DNA of 64,000 nt from Candidatus Latescibacterota bacterium (GCA_965116875.1 OZ220733.1:4704001-4768000), one strand, 5' to 3'. Numbered from the stretch's first letter, positions 1-10,549 are shown. Numbers and translations are program-made. Notes: generated from the sequence alone by a model not told the origin.

Positions 1-146
1 AAATGGGCACGGCCATCGGGGTCCTCTCGGAGTCATGCGATCGATGCGGGTGATTCCCGCCCCCGCGCAGCCTCCCGCCGGGTCTTTTCCGCCACGCGTG
101 AAAATGGGCATCGTTGTGAGGGAAATGGTCCCAACTTTATGAAACC

Positions 147-177
147 AAAAAAGACGACCGGAAGTTGCCGATCGCCT
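147..177 (-). terminator. Rho-independent terminator after pnp
   Basis: Minus strand AGGCGATCGG-caactt-CCGGTCGTCT then a T run, ~30 nt after the pnp stop. Confidence 0.75.
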
Positions 178-205
178 TCTGCCGACCTCTGGCTTGCCAG
201 GCGGG

Positions 206-2344
206 TCAGCGCCGATTGGGCCTTCGCGGGCCCCGTGAATGGCGCGGCGGCGGTTCCACGTATCCGGGGGGCGGTTGGAACGTCGCCTTGCGACTAAGTC
301 GAACCTTGCCCTGGTCGTCGATTGAAATCACCTTGACGTCCAGCTTATCTCCTTCGTTCAGCACGTCTTCGACCTTGTTTACCCGGTGGTAATCCAGCTC
401 TGAAATGTGGCAGAGCCCCTCTTTTCCCGGCAGAATCTCGATAAAGGCGCCGAAGTCCAGGGTTCGCTTGACCGTACCATTGTACACCCGGCCCACTTCC
501 GGATCCTCCACCAGCGCCTTGATCATCTCCATCGCTTCTTCACCGGCCTGGGCGTCGACCGAACTGACCGTGATCAGTCCGTCGTCGTCCACCGCTACGG
601 TCGCTCCCGTTTCTTCGATGCTGCGAATGGTCTTCCCGCCGGGTCCGATAACCGTACCGATCTTTGCCGGGTCGATGTAAAGGGAGAGAATTCGGGGCGC
701 ATAGGGTGACAACTCGGGCTTCGGGCGGGCGATCGCACCGTTCATCTTGTCCAGAATGTGGTCCAGCGCACCCCGCGCGCGTCCGAAAGCCTCCTGCATA
801 ATCTCGAAACTGATTCCCTTGATCTTGATGTCGAGCTGAATCGACGTCAGTCCCTCGGCCGTGCCGGCGATTTTCAGATCCATATCGCCAAGATGGTCTT
901 CCGCGCCCAGAATGTCGGTCAGCAAGGACCAATTGGAATTGTCCTCCCCCATCACCAGCCCGACGCCCGCGCCAGCGACGGCCGTCTTAATGGGAACCCC
1001 CGCATCCATCAGTGCGAGCGATCCACCACACACCGTGGCCATGGACGATGAACTGTTGGATTCCAGAATCTCGGAAACCACCCGAATTGTATAGGGAAAG
1101 TGTTTTTCGTTGGGTATGACGGGAACCAGCGCCTTTTCCGCAAGAACGCCGTGTCCAATTTCCCGCCTTCCCGGAGCCCCGATGCGGCGGGTTTCCCCCA
1201 CGCTGTACGACGGAAAGTTGTAGTCCAGCATAAAACTCTTATAGGACATTCCTTCGAGATCGTCCACCATCCGGGTATCCAGCTTGCTGCCCAGCGTAGC
1301 CACGCACAGCGCCTGGGTCTGTCCCCTCGTAAACACAGCCGACCCGTGTGCGCGGGGCAGTGACCCGAGTTCAATCTCGATTGGCCGCACTTCGTCCAGG
1401 GCCCTTCCGTCGATCCTCCGACCCTCCTCCAGAATCATCCGTCGCATTTCCGCCTTGACGATCGCACCGACCTCCGCGGCGATTTCCGCCCGCGATTCCG
1501 GAAACTCATCCTCCAGGGCCGTCTGCGTATCCTCTTCGATGCCGGCGATGACGTTCGCCCGATCTTCTTTCTCAGAGAGCCGGTTCGCCTCCCGGATGCG
1601 CAGGGCCGCCAGTGCCCTTACGGCTTCTTCAAGCGCTTCGTTGGGTTCGGGTTCCGTGACCTCCCGCTTCGGTCTGCCACATCTGGCCACCAGGTCTTCC
1701 TGCATTTCCACCAGCCTGGCGATGGCTTCCTGCCCCGCCCGCAGCGCCCCCAGCACATCGGCGTCGGGCACCTCGTGGCACTCGCCCTCAACGGAAATGA
1801 TCGACTCTTTGTTTCCGGACACGATGATGTTGATGTCGCTTTCATCCAACTGTTGGTAGGTTGGATTGATCACGTACTCGCCGTCTATCCGACCCACCTT
1901 TACAGCGCCGATCGGTCCTTCGAACGGAATATCGGAAATACAGACTGCCGCCGATGCGCCGTTCATCGCCAGCACGGCGGGGTCATTCTCTTCGTCGAAC
2001 GATAGAATGGTTACCAGAACCTGCGTTTCCACGTCCCGCTTCAAGAACAACGGCCGTATCTGGTGATCGATGAGCCTGGCGCTCAGCTTCTCCGTCGTGG
2101 AGGGTGCGCCCTCCCGCTTGAAGAAGTTCCCCGGTATCCTGCCGCTTGCGTAGAATTTCTCACGATAGTCCACCGTTAACGGGAAAAAATCCAAATCGGA
2201 TTCTCTGGTATCGGCCACCGTGGCCACCAGCACCACGGTCTCGCCATATTGCATCCAGACGGCGCCGTGGGCTTGCCTGGCTACCCGTCCGTGTTCAATG
2301 GATAATGTCCTTCCTTCCAGTTCCAACTCTATTTTCTCTGCCAT
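206..2344 (-). CDS. pnp: Polyribonucleotide nucleotidyltransferase (PNPase)
   Basis: FFPLTVDYREK, RREIGHG, DHLGDMD motifs; C-terminal KH (IGPGG) and S1 domains; follows rpsO. Confidence 0.99.
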   Translation of the reverse strand: MAEKIELELEGRTLSIEHGRVARQAHGAVWMQYGETVVLVATVADTRESDLDFFPLTVDYREKFYASGRIPGNFFKREGAPSTTEKLSARLIDHQIRPLFLKRDVETQVLVTILSFDEENDPAVLAMNGASAAVCISDIPFEGPIGAVKVGRIDGEYVINPTYQQLDESDINIIVSGNKESIISVEGECHEVPDADVLGALRAGQEAIARLVEMQEDLVARCGRPKREVTEPEPNEALEEAVRALAALRIREANRLSEKEDRANVIAGIEEDTQTALEDEFPESRAEIAAEVGAIVKAEMRRMILEEGRRIDGRALDEVRPIEIELGSLPRAHGSAVFTRGQTQALCVATLGSKLDTRMVDDLEGMSYKSFMLDYNFPSYSVGETRRIGAPGRREIGHGVLAEKALVPVIPNEKHFPYTIRVVSEILESNSSSSMATVCGGSLALMDAGVPIKTAVAGAGVGLVMGEDNSNWSLLTDILGAEDHLGDMDLKIAGTAEGLTSIQLDIKIKGISFEIMQEAFGRARGALDHILDKMNGAIARPKPELSPYAPRILSLYIDPAKIGTVIGPGGKTIRSIEETGATVAVDDDGLITVSSVDAQAGEEAMEMIKALVEDPEVGRVYNGTVKRTLDFGAFIEILPGKEGLCHISELDYHRVNKVEDVLNEGDKLDVKVISIDDQGKVRLSRKATFQPPPGYVEPPPRHSRGPRRPNRR

Positions 2345-2416
2345 CCAGCCTTTCTCCTCAACGAAAAGTACATCCAGCCCGTAGTACTCAATTTGAAAAA
2401 CACCCTACAGGCGAAA

Positions 2417-2686
2417 TTAACCACGTATTCCAAGCTTACCGATCAGTGCGCGGTATCCGGTCAGGTCGCGACGTTGCATATATTTCAGGAAACGCCGGCG
2501 CCGGCCGACCAGTTTGAGCAGCCCTCGGCGGGAATGGTGGTCTTTCCCGTGTCGCCGGGCGTGTTCGGTCAACATCCTGATGCGTTCCGTCAATAGCGCG
2601 ATCTGCACTTCGACAGATCCGGTGTCACCGCCGGCTCGACCGAAGGCTTCCACCAGTTCGCCCTTCTTTTCTTTCGCTAAACCCAA
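2417..2686 (-). CDS. rpsO: 30S ribosomal protein S15
   Basis: [13 protein letters not shown] and [14 protein letters not shown], 89 aa, TTG start after GGAGGTG. Confidence 0.99.
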   Translation of the reverse strand: MGLAKEKKGELVEAFGRAGGDTGSVEVQIALLTERIRMLTEHARRHGKDHHSRRGLLKLVGRRRRFLKYMQRRDLTGYRALIGKLGIRG

Positions 2687-3633
2687 TGCTTCACCTCCAT
2701 GTGATGGACCAGCTGCTGTCCCAGAATGTCACGGGCACGCTGCCCGTCCTTGTGAATTTGCGTAATCAGCGCGTCGGGGTTGGGAAACCGGCGTTCGTCG
2801 CGCAGACGATCCACCAGTTCCAGCGAAATCCGCCGCCCGTAAAGATCGCCGCTGAAATCCAGCAAATGGGCTTCAATCAACCTGCTCCTGCCGTTAAACG
2901 TGGGTCGTAGCCCGAGGTTTACAACCGCAGCATACGGTTCCGGCACAAACGCTTTGGCAACGTACACCCCGTTGGGCGGCAATAGTTTCATGGCATCGTC
3001 GGGCACGATATTCGCGGTCGGATACCCCAGCGCCCGCCCCCGGCCGTCTCCGTGCGCCACACGACCTGAAACAGGATATCCGCCTCCAAGCATCTCACGT
3101 GCTTCGTCGATTCCGCCTCTTCGAATCACTTCCCGAATCCGGCTGCTGCTTACCGGGCCCTCTCCAGCCATCGTGGGCGGCACGACAGAGACGTCGAAAC
3201 CGAACCGATGGCCAAGGGTACGCATGGTGTCGGGATCGCCGCTGCGACCCTTGCCGAATCCGTGATCGTAACCCAGAACCACGACGTTCGCGCCCAGGTA
3301 TTTCACAAGATAGGTCGACACAAATGCATCGGGACCCATCATTTGAACCTGTCTGGTAAACGGGATCACCGCCAGCACGTCGATTCCGGCATCTTCAAGC
3401 CGCTGACGCTTTTCGTCCATGGACGTAAGGACGACCGGCGGGTCGTCGGGATGGATCACGGCCCGCGGATGTGGATCGAACGTGACGGCGACGGCGCTTC
3501 CCGACCGCGCCCGTGCCATGGCAACGACGGATTCTAATACAGCACGATGCCCCTGGTGGACACCGTCGAACGTGCCGACCGTAACCACCGGGTTTTCCAA
3601 TTTGAGCGTCTGTTCCAAAGTCCGTGTCTGCAT
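2677..3633 (-). CDS. ribF: Bifunctional riboflavin kinase/FAD synthetase
   Basis: [31 protein letters not shown]; start moved to ATG 3633 to avoid overlap with truB. Confidence 0.97.
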   Translation of the reverse strand: MQTRTLEQTLKLENPVVTVGTFDGVHQGHRAVLESVVAMARARSGSAVAVTFDPHPRAVIHPDDPPVVLTSMDEKRQRLEDAGIDVLAVIPFTRQVQMMGPDAFVSTYLVKYLGANVVVLGYDHGFGKGRSGDPDTMRTLGHRFGFDVSVVPPTMAGEGPVSSSRIREVIRRGGIDEAREMLGGGYPVSGRVAHGDGRGRALGYPTANIVPDDAMKLLPPNGVYVAKAFVPEPYAAVVNLGLRPTFNGRSRLIEAHLLDFSGDLYGRRISLELVDRLRDERRFPNPDALITQIHKDGQRARDILGQQLVHHMEVKHWV

Positions 3634-3638
3634 CCGGA

Positions 3639-4532
3639 TCAACTTTCTGGCTGACGCAGCACCCGCACAGGCTTCAGCATCCGGTCGTCGGCCCGCCAGC
3701 GTCCGATGCCGAGCAACACCCCCTTGGGATAGAGCGCCCTGACAAGACGGCCTGACTCGAGAGCAGTTCCTTCCTCGATATTTGCCACAGCAGTTCCGTG
3801 AACAAAACAACCAGCCTGATCGGCGTCCAGGTTGAGACGCGGCATATCGCGCAACAACCGGTTGGGATCCATCAGAAACGGCTGCAACTCCTCCTTCGAT
3901 CCAATGGATTCGAGACGGTTGAGCGCGAGGCACTCGTCAATGCAAACCGGACCGGCGCCCGTGCGCCTGAGCCCGGCCAGATACGCGCCACAACCCAGCT
4001 TCCGGCCGAGGTCATCGGCCAGCGTGCGGATATAGGTACCTTTTGAACAGGAGACCGTCAGGTGTAGATCGGGAGGCCTGAATTCTTTGATATCGATTCC
4101 GTAAATCCGCACGCGGGACGGTCGTCGGGCGACTTCCGTGCCCTCCCGTGCCAACTGGTACAACCGTCTGCCATCCATCTTTCGAGCCGAGAACATCGGC
4201 GGAATCTGTTCGACTTCGCCCAAAAAGGAAGCCACCGCGGCACGGACGTCCGCCGATCGGTCGGGTACGCTGCCGGATCGCGCGACAACTTCGCCTTCGG
4301 CGTCGAGCGTGCTTGTCCGGACCCCGAGTCGGATATGGGCGGCGTACGTCTTGTCGTGGTCCGCGAGATAGGAGCTGAGCCGGGTCGCCCGGCCCAGACA
4401 CAGCACGAGGACGCCGGTCGCGAGCGGATCCAGGGTGCCCGTATGTCCTACTTTCCGAATATTCAGCCGTCGTCGAACGCGGTCGATCACGTCGTGCGAC
4501 GTTATTCCGGGGGGCTTGTCGATCGGCAGCAC
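3639..4532 (-). CDS. truB: tRNA pseudouridine(55) synthase
   Basis: KVGHTGTLDPLATGVL and CSKGTYIRTL; exact start uncertain. Confidence 0.97.
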   Translation of the reverse strand: MLPIDKPPGITSHDVIDRVRRRLNIRKVGHTGTLDPLATGVLVLCLGRATRLSSYLADHDKTYAAHIRLGVRTSTLDAEGEVVARSGSVPDRSADVRAAVASFLGEVEQIPPMFSARKMDGRRLYQLAREGTEVARRPSRVRIYGIDIKEFRPPDLHLTVSCSKGTYIRTLADDLGRKLGCGAYLAGLRRTGAGPVCIDECLALNRLESIGSKEELQPFLMDPNRLLRDMPRLNLDADQAGCFVHGTAVANIEEGTALESGRLVRALYPKGVLLGIGRWRADDRMLKPVRVLRQPES

Positions 4533-4560
4533 GCCTGTGACGTTGATTCTGCCCTCCAGT

Positions 4561-4899
4561 CTACGGCTTCAGGTCGTCGAGCAGCCTGTCGATCCTGCTG
4601 GCCTGTTCCAGAGATTCGTCCAGCCTGAATTCCAATTCCGGCACGTTTCTCAGCCGGATGCGTCCGCCCAGTTCCCTGCGGAGGAATGGAAGCGACCGCT
4701 GGAGCGTCTTGAGGCTCGTGTCCTGACTCTGACTGTCACCCATCACACTGACGTGTACCCGCGCGAATTTCAGGTCTCGCGACACCTGCACACCAGTGAC
4801 GGTAACGTATCCAAGACGAGGATCTTTCAGGTGCCGGTGAATCAGGTCACTGAGTTCAAGCTGTATCTGCCGTCCGACACTCTCTGCACGCCACATCAC
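4561..4899 (-). CDS. rbfA: Ribosome-binding factor A
   Basis: LKDPRLG.VTVT.V.VS.DL..A.V and LR.VPEL.F..D pattern; canonical position. Confidence 0.97.
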   Translation of the reverse strand: MMWRAESVGRQIQLELSDLIHRHLKDPRLGYVTVTGVQVSRDLKFARVHVSVMGDSQSQDTSLKTLQRSLPFLRRELGGRIRLRNVPELEFRLDESLEQASRIDRLLDDLKP

Positions 4900-5183
4900 A
4901 TCAGTTCCAGAGAATAGTCAACGAGCTCCACACGATGGTCCCGTTGCACATGGTCTACGACTTTGGATAGCACGCGATTGACGTAACGCGATTCGTTCGC
5001 CACCATCGCCACGCCAACCTCAGCCTTCTGCCACAGTTCGTTTTGACCGACCTCAGAAACGGATACGTTGTATTTCGCCCGGATCCGTTGCCGAAGACTC
5101 TCCAGAATACGGCGTTTACCCTTTAACGATCCGCTTTCGGGCAGATATAACACCAGACGACACAGGCCGATGGTCATGGACAA
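4896..5183 (-). CDS. DUF503 (YlxP-like) protein
   Basis: SLKGKRRIL...KYNVSVSEV; typical location between infB and rbfA. Confidence 0.9.
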   Translation of the reverse strand: MSMTIGLCRLVLYLPESGSLKGKRRILESLRQRIRAKYNVSVSEVGQNELWQKAEVGVAMVANESRYVNRVLSKVVDHVQRDHRVELVDYSLELM

Positions 5184-5200
5184 GGTTTCAATGCGGCATT

Positions 5201-7657
5201 TTAGAGCGTGCGCGCGGTTTCAACTTGTTCATATGCCTCGATAACATCGCCGAGCTTGGTATCATTGAAATTCTCCAGGCCGATGCCGCATTCAAATCCG
5301 GACTGGACTTCCCTCACGTCGTCCTTGAACCGTCGCAGGGACCCGATCCGGCCCTCGTAGACCACAACACTGTCTCGCAGCACACGCACCATGGCGCTGC
5401 GTGTCATTCGTCCGTTGGAAATGTAACAGCCGGCGATGATGCCAACCCGAGGAACCTGGAACGTCTCCCGGACTTCCGCCGATCCCACGATCTGTTCATC
5501 GATATCGGGCGTGAGCAATCCGGCAAGCGCGGCCTTGATGTCTTCAACCGCCTCATAAATCACCCGGTAGGCGCGGACGTCGACTCGCTCCTGGGCAACC
5601 ACTTCTCGCGCACGGACATCCGGCCGCACATTGAATCCGATAATGATCGCGTCCGATGCGGAAGCGAGCAGAACGTCGGACTCCGACACCGCACCCACCC
5701 CCCGGTGGATCACGTTGATGCGGACTTCGTCGCTGGGGATCTGCATCAGGGAGTCGTGAAGCGCCTCTACGGAACCGTCGACGTCTCCCTTGAGTATCAG
5801 GCGCAACTCCTGGACCTGACCGGCCTTGATCTGATCGTGGATGTCAACCAGGCTGACCCTGCGTATCCGGTGGGCTTCCCGCTCCCGGCGCAGTTGCTGC
5901 CTCTTCTGGCTGATTTCCCTGGCGGTACGTTCGTTTTCCACGGAGTAGAACGAGTCTCCAGCCTGGGGCAGTCCGGACAGGCCAAGCACCTGGACCGGCA
6001 CCGAGGGGCCTGCTTCCGAAACCCGATGCCCTCGCTCGTCCAGAAGCGCCCGCGCCCTGCCGCTGAAGAGTCCGGTGACGAAAGTATCGCCAACCCTCAG
6101 CGTACCTTCCTGCACGAGTACCGTCGCCACGTTCCCGCGGCCGCGGTCCAGGCGGGCCTCGACAATGGCGCCCTTGGCGCGTTTCAGCGAATTGGCCTTC
6201 AACTCCAGCAGATCGGTTTCCAATGCCAGCAACTCGAGCAGATCGTTGATGTTCTCGCCGGTCTTTGCGGAGATCTCACAGGATTGAACCTTGCCCCCGT
6301 ATTCCTCGAGAACCACATTGTGTTCCGTCAGTTGCCGCTTGATTCGATCCACGTCAGCGCCCGGAAGGTCTATCTTGTTGATGGCCAGTACCATTGGAAC
6401 GCCCGCGGCGCGCGCATGGTCGATCGCTTCCACCGTCTGCGGCATGACATTGTCGTCGGCAGCCACGATCAGGACGACGACGTCCGTCACCTGGGCTCCC
6501 CTTGCGCGCATTGCGGTAAACGCCTCGTGACCGGGGGTATCGAGGAAAGTCACCATGCGGCCGTTGTCCAGCTCCACGTGATATGCGCCAATGTGCTGGG
6601 TAATGCCCCCCGCCTCGCCCGCAACCACGTTGGTGTTGCGAACATAATCCAACAGCGACGTCTTGCCGTGGTCTACATGACCCATTATGGTGACCACAGG
6701 CGGACGCGGCGCGAGATCGTCTTCCACGTCTTCGTCTTCATGGTCGAGCACGTCTTCGGCATACTCCTGGAGTTCTTCAACGTCAATTCCGAACTCGTCG
6801 GCAACCAGGGTAATGGTGTCCATATCCAGTCGCTGGTTGATGGTGACCATCAGGCCCAGGGTGAGACACTGCTTTATGACATCGGTAAGCGGAATGTCCA
6901 TGAGCGTGGACAATTCGCCTACCGTTGTAAACTCGTTCACCTTGATGACACGTTCCACGCCCTCTTCGTCCTCGACGTCCGCGTCGTCTCTGCGACGACG
7001 TCGTCGCGAACGGGCCGTCCCGGTTTCCATCTCGGCCATCGTCCGGCGCACGCTGGCTTCGATTTCCGTCTGGTCCGGCGCGGGTCTGCCGCGCCTGCGG
7101 CGGCGACGGCGGCCTTCGCTTTTTTCGGGGGCGGGCTTTTCCTGCGGCCGTGCCGGCTTGGTCTCACTGCGGGTGTCCGCCGCTCCAATGACTTCTACCT
7201 TTGGTTCTCTCCTCGCGGCGTCCCGCCTGCGCCGGCGCGTTGCCTGGTCGTCGCGAATTTCGCGAATCTCGACAGCCTTCCGGACCGGCTCCGCCGGCTT
7301 CGGGGTTTCGGCTGCTTTGGATTCCGTCTTTTTCGCGCTCCCGGCTTTGGCCCTTGCGGGGGCTTTCCGGACTTCCTTTTTTGTATCCTGACGCTGCCTT
7401 CTCTGTGCGGTCTTGCGCTTGATTTCCTGACGGGAGGCGTTACGCTCCTCCTCAAACTTTCCCTGGATGCTATCGAACATCTCCCTGGTGCATACGGCCA
7501 TGTGGTTCTTGACGTCGAACCCCAGTCCCCTGACCACTTCGACCATCGCGACACTCGAGAGATTGAACTCCCGTGCAACTTCGTAGATGCGGCGCTTTTT
7601 GCCATCGGTGTCGTCGGGTGTCGCCGTGACCGTCGCCGCGGGCGCATTTCTGTTCAT
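5201..7657 (-). CDS. infB: Translation initiation factor IF-2
   Basis: [34 protein letters not shown]. Confidence 0.99.
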   Translation of the reverse strand: MNRNAPAATVTATPDDTDGKKRRIYEVAREFNLSSVAMVEVVRGLGFDVKNHMAVCTREMFDSIQGKFEEERNASRQEIKRKTAQRRQRQDTKKEVRKAPARAKAGSAKKTESKAAETPKPAEPVRKAVEIREIRDDQATRRRRRDAARREPKVEVIGAADTRSETKPARPQEKPAPEKSEGRRRRRRRGRPAPDQTEIEASVRRTMAEMETGTARSRRRRRRDDADVEDEEGVERVIKVNEFTTVGELSTLMDIPLTDVIKQCLTLGLMVTINQRLDMDTITLVADEFGIDVEELQEYAEDVLDHEDEDVEDDLAPRPPVVTIMGHVDHGKTSLLDYVRNTNVVAGEAGGITQHIGAYHVELDNGRMVTFLDTPGHEAFTAMRARGAQVTDVVVLIVAADDNVMPQTVEAIDHARAAGVPMVLAINKIDLPGADVDRIKRQLTEHNVVLEEYGGKVQSCEISAKTGENINDLLELLALETDLLELKANSLKRAKGAIVEARLDRGRGNVATVLVQEGTLRVGDTFVTGLFSGRARALLDERGHRVSEAGPSVPVQVLGLSGLPQAGDSFYSVENERTAREISQKRQQLRREREAHRIRRVSLVDIHDQIKAGQVQELRLILKGDVDGSVEALHDSLMQIPSDEVRINVIHRGVGAVSESDVLLASASDAIIIGFNVRPDVRAREVVAQERVDVRAYRVIYEAVEDIKAALAGLLTPDIDEQIVGSAEVRETFQVPRVGIIAGCYISNGRMTRSAMVRVLRDSVVVYEGRIGSLRRFKDDVREVQSGFECGIGLENFNDTKLGDVIEAYEQVETARTL

Positions 7658-9264
7658 TCGCCGACTCCCCTCCCCTCATCTTCCGGTGGTCCGCCGACCT
7701 GATTGTCTTCAGATGCCGCGGGCTGTACTACCGCGCCGTCTTCCGAAAGCTCGATTTCTTCGTCCGCCGCGGGCTCATTCCCGTCCTCGTCTGCGGCAGC
7801 AACGGCTTCGGCAGTCGCCGCCGCTTCCTCTTCCGCGATACGCGCTGCTTCCTCTTCCGCGATACGCGCTGCTTCCTCCTCCGCGATACGCGCTGCTTCC
7901 TCCTCCGCAAGACGCGCCGCTTCCTCCTCCGCAAGACGCGCCGCTTCCTCCTCCGCCAGACGCGCTGCTTCCTCGGCCCGCTGCTTTTCAAGTTCCTCGC
8001 GGTAGGCCTGAACCTTTACGTTCACGATTTCTTCCGCGGCACTCTGGATTTTTTCTCCGGTGGACTCCCCGACTCCGGGCACTTCGAGCAATCTGACCAG
8101 CGATACATCCACAAGATCGTTGGCGGACAATATTCCGGCGGCCTCGAGACGTTCCAGCATCACCTTCCCCACCCCGGCGACTTCCGACAACGGAACAAAT
8201 GTCGCCTCCTTCTCCAATTGCATTTCCTGGAACCGGGTCTCGGTGATGATGTCGACCTTCCAGCCCGTAAGTTGCGCGGCCAGACGGGCGTTCTGTCCCG
8301 ACTTGCCAATGGCGAGCGACAACTGATCATCGTCGACGATCGCCGTCATCGTCGTTTTGTTTCGATCGACAACCACACGCTTGACCGTGGCGGGACTCAG
8401 CGAACGCGAAAGGAAGATGGCTTCATCGTCGCTCCAGGGAACAATGTCGATCCGCTCGTTGCTCAACTCCCGGACAACCGCCTGGACGCGGGAGCCCTTC
8501 ATCCCCACGCATGCGCCAACCGGATCGATCCTGGCGTCGTTCGAGTACACCGCGATTTTCGCCCTTTCGCCCGGCTCACGAGCGACAGCCTTGATTTCAA
8601 TGACGCCCTCATAGATTTCAGGGACTTCGAACTGAAAAAGCCTGACCACAAATTGCGGATGGGTCCGCGACAGCACCACCTGAGGTCCCTTGGAGGTGCG
8701 GAGGACGTTCACAAGATAGGCTCGGATCGGGTCGCCCTGACGGTAACGCTCCTTGCGAATCTGCTCCTTGAGCGGGATGACCGCCTCCGTGCGCCCCAGG
8801 TTGATGAGAATATCGCCGTGGCTGATCTGCTGGACGGTTCCGCTGATGATTTCGCCGATCCGGGTCTGGTAGTCCTCGTAGATCTTCTCGCGTTCGGCCT
8901 CCCGTACCCGCTGGATCAGGATCTGTTTGGTGGACTGGATGGCATTCCGGCCGAAATCGGCGAACCGGAGCATCTCCCGGATCTCAGTGTTGACCTTGAC
9001 GCCCGGCTGAATCTCCCGGGCAGCCGTAAGACCGATCTGCAAGGCAGGGTCCTCAACCTCATCGTCCTTGACGACGGATTTGGTGGCGAAGACCTCGATA
9101 TTGCCGGAGCTGGCGTCGATATTGACCTCGACGTTGTCCGAGGTGCCGAACCGCCTCTTCGTTGCGGAAAGCAGTCCGATTTCAAGGGTTTCGATAACCA
9201 GCGTCTTGTCGACGTTCTTTTCCTGAGCAATCTGGCCCAGCGCCTCCAGGACTTCGTAATTCAA
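7654..9264 (-). CDS. nusA: Transcription termination/antitermination factor NusA with long acidic tail
   Basis: AREPGERAKIAV, DPVGACVGMKGSRV, LAIGKSGQNARLA; HhH-like region then EEEAAR(L/I)A repeats. Confidence 0.99.
   Translation of the reverse strand: MNYEVLEALGQIAQEKNVDKTLVIETLEIGLLSATKRRFGTSDNVEVNIDASSGNIEVFATKSVVKDDEVEDPALQIGLTAAREIQPGVKVNTEIREMLRFADFGRNAIQSTKQILIQRVREAEREKIYEDYQTRIGEIISGTVQQISHGDILINLGRTEAVIPLKEQIRKERYRQGDPIRAYLVNVLRTSKGPQVVLSRTHPQFVVRLFQFEVPEIYEGVIEIKAVAREPGERAKIAVYSNDARIDPVGACVGMKGSRVQAVVRELSNERIDIVPWSDDEAIFLSRSLSPATVKRVVVDRNKTTMTAIVDDDQLSLAIGKSGQNARLAAQLTGWKVDIITETRFQEMQLEKEATFVPLSEVAGVGKVMLERLEAAGILSANDLVDVSLVRLLEVPGVGESTGEKIQSAAEEIVNVKVQAYREELEKQRAEEAARLAEEEAARLAEEEAARLAEEEAARIAEEEAARIAEEEAARIAEEEAAATAEAVAAADEDGNEPAADEEIELSEDGAVVQPAASEDNQVGGPPEDEGRGVGE
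7817..7976. repeat. 24-bp coding tandem repeat (about 6.5 units of AEEEAAR[L/I]) in nusA
   Basis: Repeated cgcgc(t/c)gcttcctc(t/c)tccgc units read directly in the sequence. Confidence 0.95.
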
Positions 9265-9276
9265 AAGGACGTCTCC

Positions 9277-9726
9277 TCAAAAATCAAAATGGAGATTGGC
9301 TTTTCGTATTTCGTCGGCCGCAACGACCCGGGTCTCGCCATCCACCGCGAGCACGAGTTGGGGCCCATCGAATCGAGTCAGCCGACCGATCAGGACGCAT
9401 CCGCCTTCGAGTATTACCCTGACGGTCTGACCGACGGCGCGGTTGTAGTCGCGATCCGACTTCAGGGGTCTGTCGAGCCCGGGCGAGGAGACCTCGAGTA
9501 CGTAGCGCCCGCTGATTGGATCATGAGTATCGAGGACATCGGCGATTCCGCGGCTGAGGCGCGCGCATTCATCTACGGTGATGCCGTCCAGACGGTCCAC
9601 ATCGATGCGAAGCGTTCGGTTCCGGGGACTGCCGGAAAGCTGCAGGTCGACCAGATCCGCTCCCTGGTACTTCAGATAGGGTGCGACCAGCTTTTCGATG
9701 GAGTCCTGCAGTGCCGGATCGTCCAT
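9277..9726 (-). CDS. rimP: Ribosome maturation factor RimP
   Basis: GITVDEC..LSR and YVLEVSSPGLDRPL; immediately upstream of nusA. Confidence 0.97.
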   Translation of the reverse strand: MDDPALQDSIEKLVAPYLKYQGADLVDLQLSGSPRNRTLRIDVDRLDGITVDECARLSRGIADVLDTHDPISGRYVLEVSSPGLDRPLKSDRDYNRAVGQTVRVILEGGCVLIGRLTRFDGPQLVLAVDGETRVVAADEIRKANLHFDF

Positions 9727-9727
9727 A

Positions 9728-9889
9728 GAAGTTGCTTTAATTTTACCGGTGAGTTCCCGAGCGCGAGCGAAAAAGTGGTGGTCAAGCCGGGAAAATCCGC
9801 CCCTATTTGTCTATACGGGTGGGTTTGACCAACGCCGACCGCCGCTTTTGCAGCCGCGCGAAGACCGCTGGGAATTTTAAGACCGCTTC
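9728..9889. mobile_element. 162-bp MITE-like palindromic element, copy 1, inserted at the rimP start codon
   Basis: Imperfect terminal inverted repeats GAAG...CTTC; ATA duplicated at 9725-9727 and 9890-9892; 8 mismatches versus copy 2. Confidence 0.8.
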
Positions 9890-9925
9890 ATAATTCCTCA
9901 AGACTCGAATGTGGCCCCTATATTC

Positions 9926-9950
9926 AAAAGAGCGGGCATCCGCCCACTCT
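9926..9950 (-). promoter_or_regulatory. rimP leader terminator/attenuator hairpin
   Basis: AGAGTGGGC-ggat-GCCCGCTCT-TTT between the promoter and rimP; resembles the known rimP leader. Confidence 0.7.
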
Positions 9951-9967
9951 CGCTATTCAGAAAAATA

Positions 9968-9996
9968 AATATATGGTATTTCACGTTATAGCGCAA
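9968..9996 (-). promoter_or_regulatory. Sigma70-type promoter of the rimP-nusA-infB operon
   Basis: TTGCGC-17 bp-TATATT. Confidence 0.65.
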
Positions 9997-10022
9997 GCAC
10001 AAATTTCCCAACCGGCGCCTGC

Positions 10023-10385
10023 TCACGCGCCTCCGTCGACAAGATGCCTGAGCTCAACCAGCATTCTGCGCATCTCGTCAATGACCTCTTCCGGTCTCCG
10101 GGGTTGCCGGGACCCTGCCGTCTCCGCCTCCACACGGAGATCCCGCCACAGAGAGGGCTCTTCCCTGAGCCTTTCACGTGCCCCTCTGACCGTGTATTTT
10201 TCGTCCTGCCTCAGGCGTCTGATGGCCAGGATGATCTTGATGTCCCGCTCCCGGTAGAGCCGCTTCCCGGCACGGGCGCGCCGGGGCTGGAGCATTGGAA
10301 ACTCCTTCTCCCAATAGCGCAGTACCTGAGGTTCAATACCGGTTCTTTCAGATACATCCCGGATGGAATAGTAAATCCTGTTCAT
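10023..10385 (-). CDS. MerR-family HTH transcriptional regulator
   Basis: YYSIRDVS...VLRYWEKEF...R.Y...DI; ATG 10385 chosen because the longer ORF starts inside the repeat element. Confidence 0.9.
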   Translation of the reverse strand: MNRIYYSIRDVSERTGIEPQVLRYWEKEFPMLQPRRARAGKRLYRERDIKIILAIRRLRQDEKYTVRGARERLREEPSLWRDLRVEAETAGSRQPRRPEEVIDEMRRMLVELRHLVDGGA

Positions 10386-10387
10386 TG

Positions 10388-10549
10388 GAAGTTGTTTTAA
10401 AATTACCGGTGAGTTCCCGAGCGCGAGCGAAAAAGTGGCGGTCAAGGCGGGAAAATCCGCCCATATTTGTCTATACGGGTGGGTTTGACCAACGCCGACC
10501 GCCGCTTTTGCAGCCGTGCGAAGACCGCTGGGAATTTTAAGACAGCTTC
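10388..10549. mobile_element. 162-bp MITE-like palindromic element, copy 2
   Basis: Direct repeat of 9728-9889 at an offset of 660 bp; ends 2 nt before the MerR ATG; flanks TTG/GTG (imperfect duplication). Confidence 0.8.

Noticed and set aside
5225-9828. Very long plus-strand ORFs (825 aa, 536 aa; also 13540, 28349, 35970, 43639, 47556, 48784)
   Set aside because: They are antisense shadows of well-supported minus-strand genes, expected from high-GC codon bias, and show no recognisable motifs.
9698-10540. Paired small plus-strand ORFs ending REDRWEF / CEDRWEF
   Set aside because: They are read-throughs of the repeat element that begin antisense inside rimP and the MerR gene.
9728-10549. 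Composite transposon carrying the MerR gene
   Set aside because: Copy 1 has its own target duplication and the enclosed DNA includes the native rimP promoter and leader, so two independent insertions are more likely.
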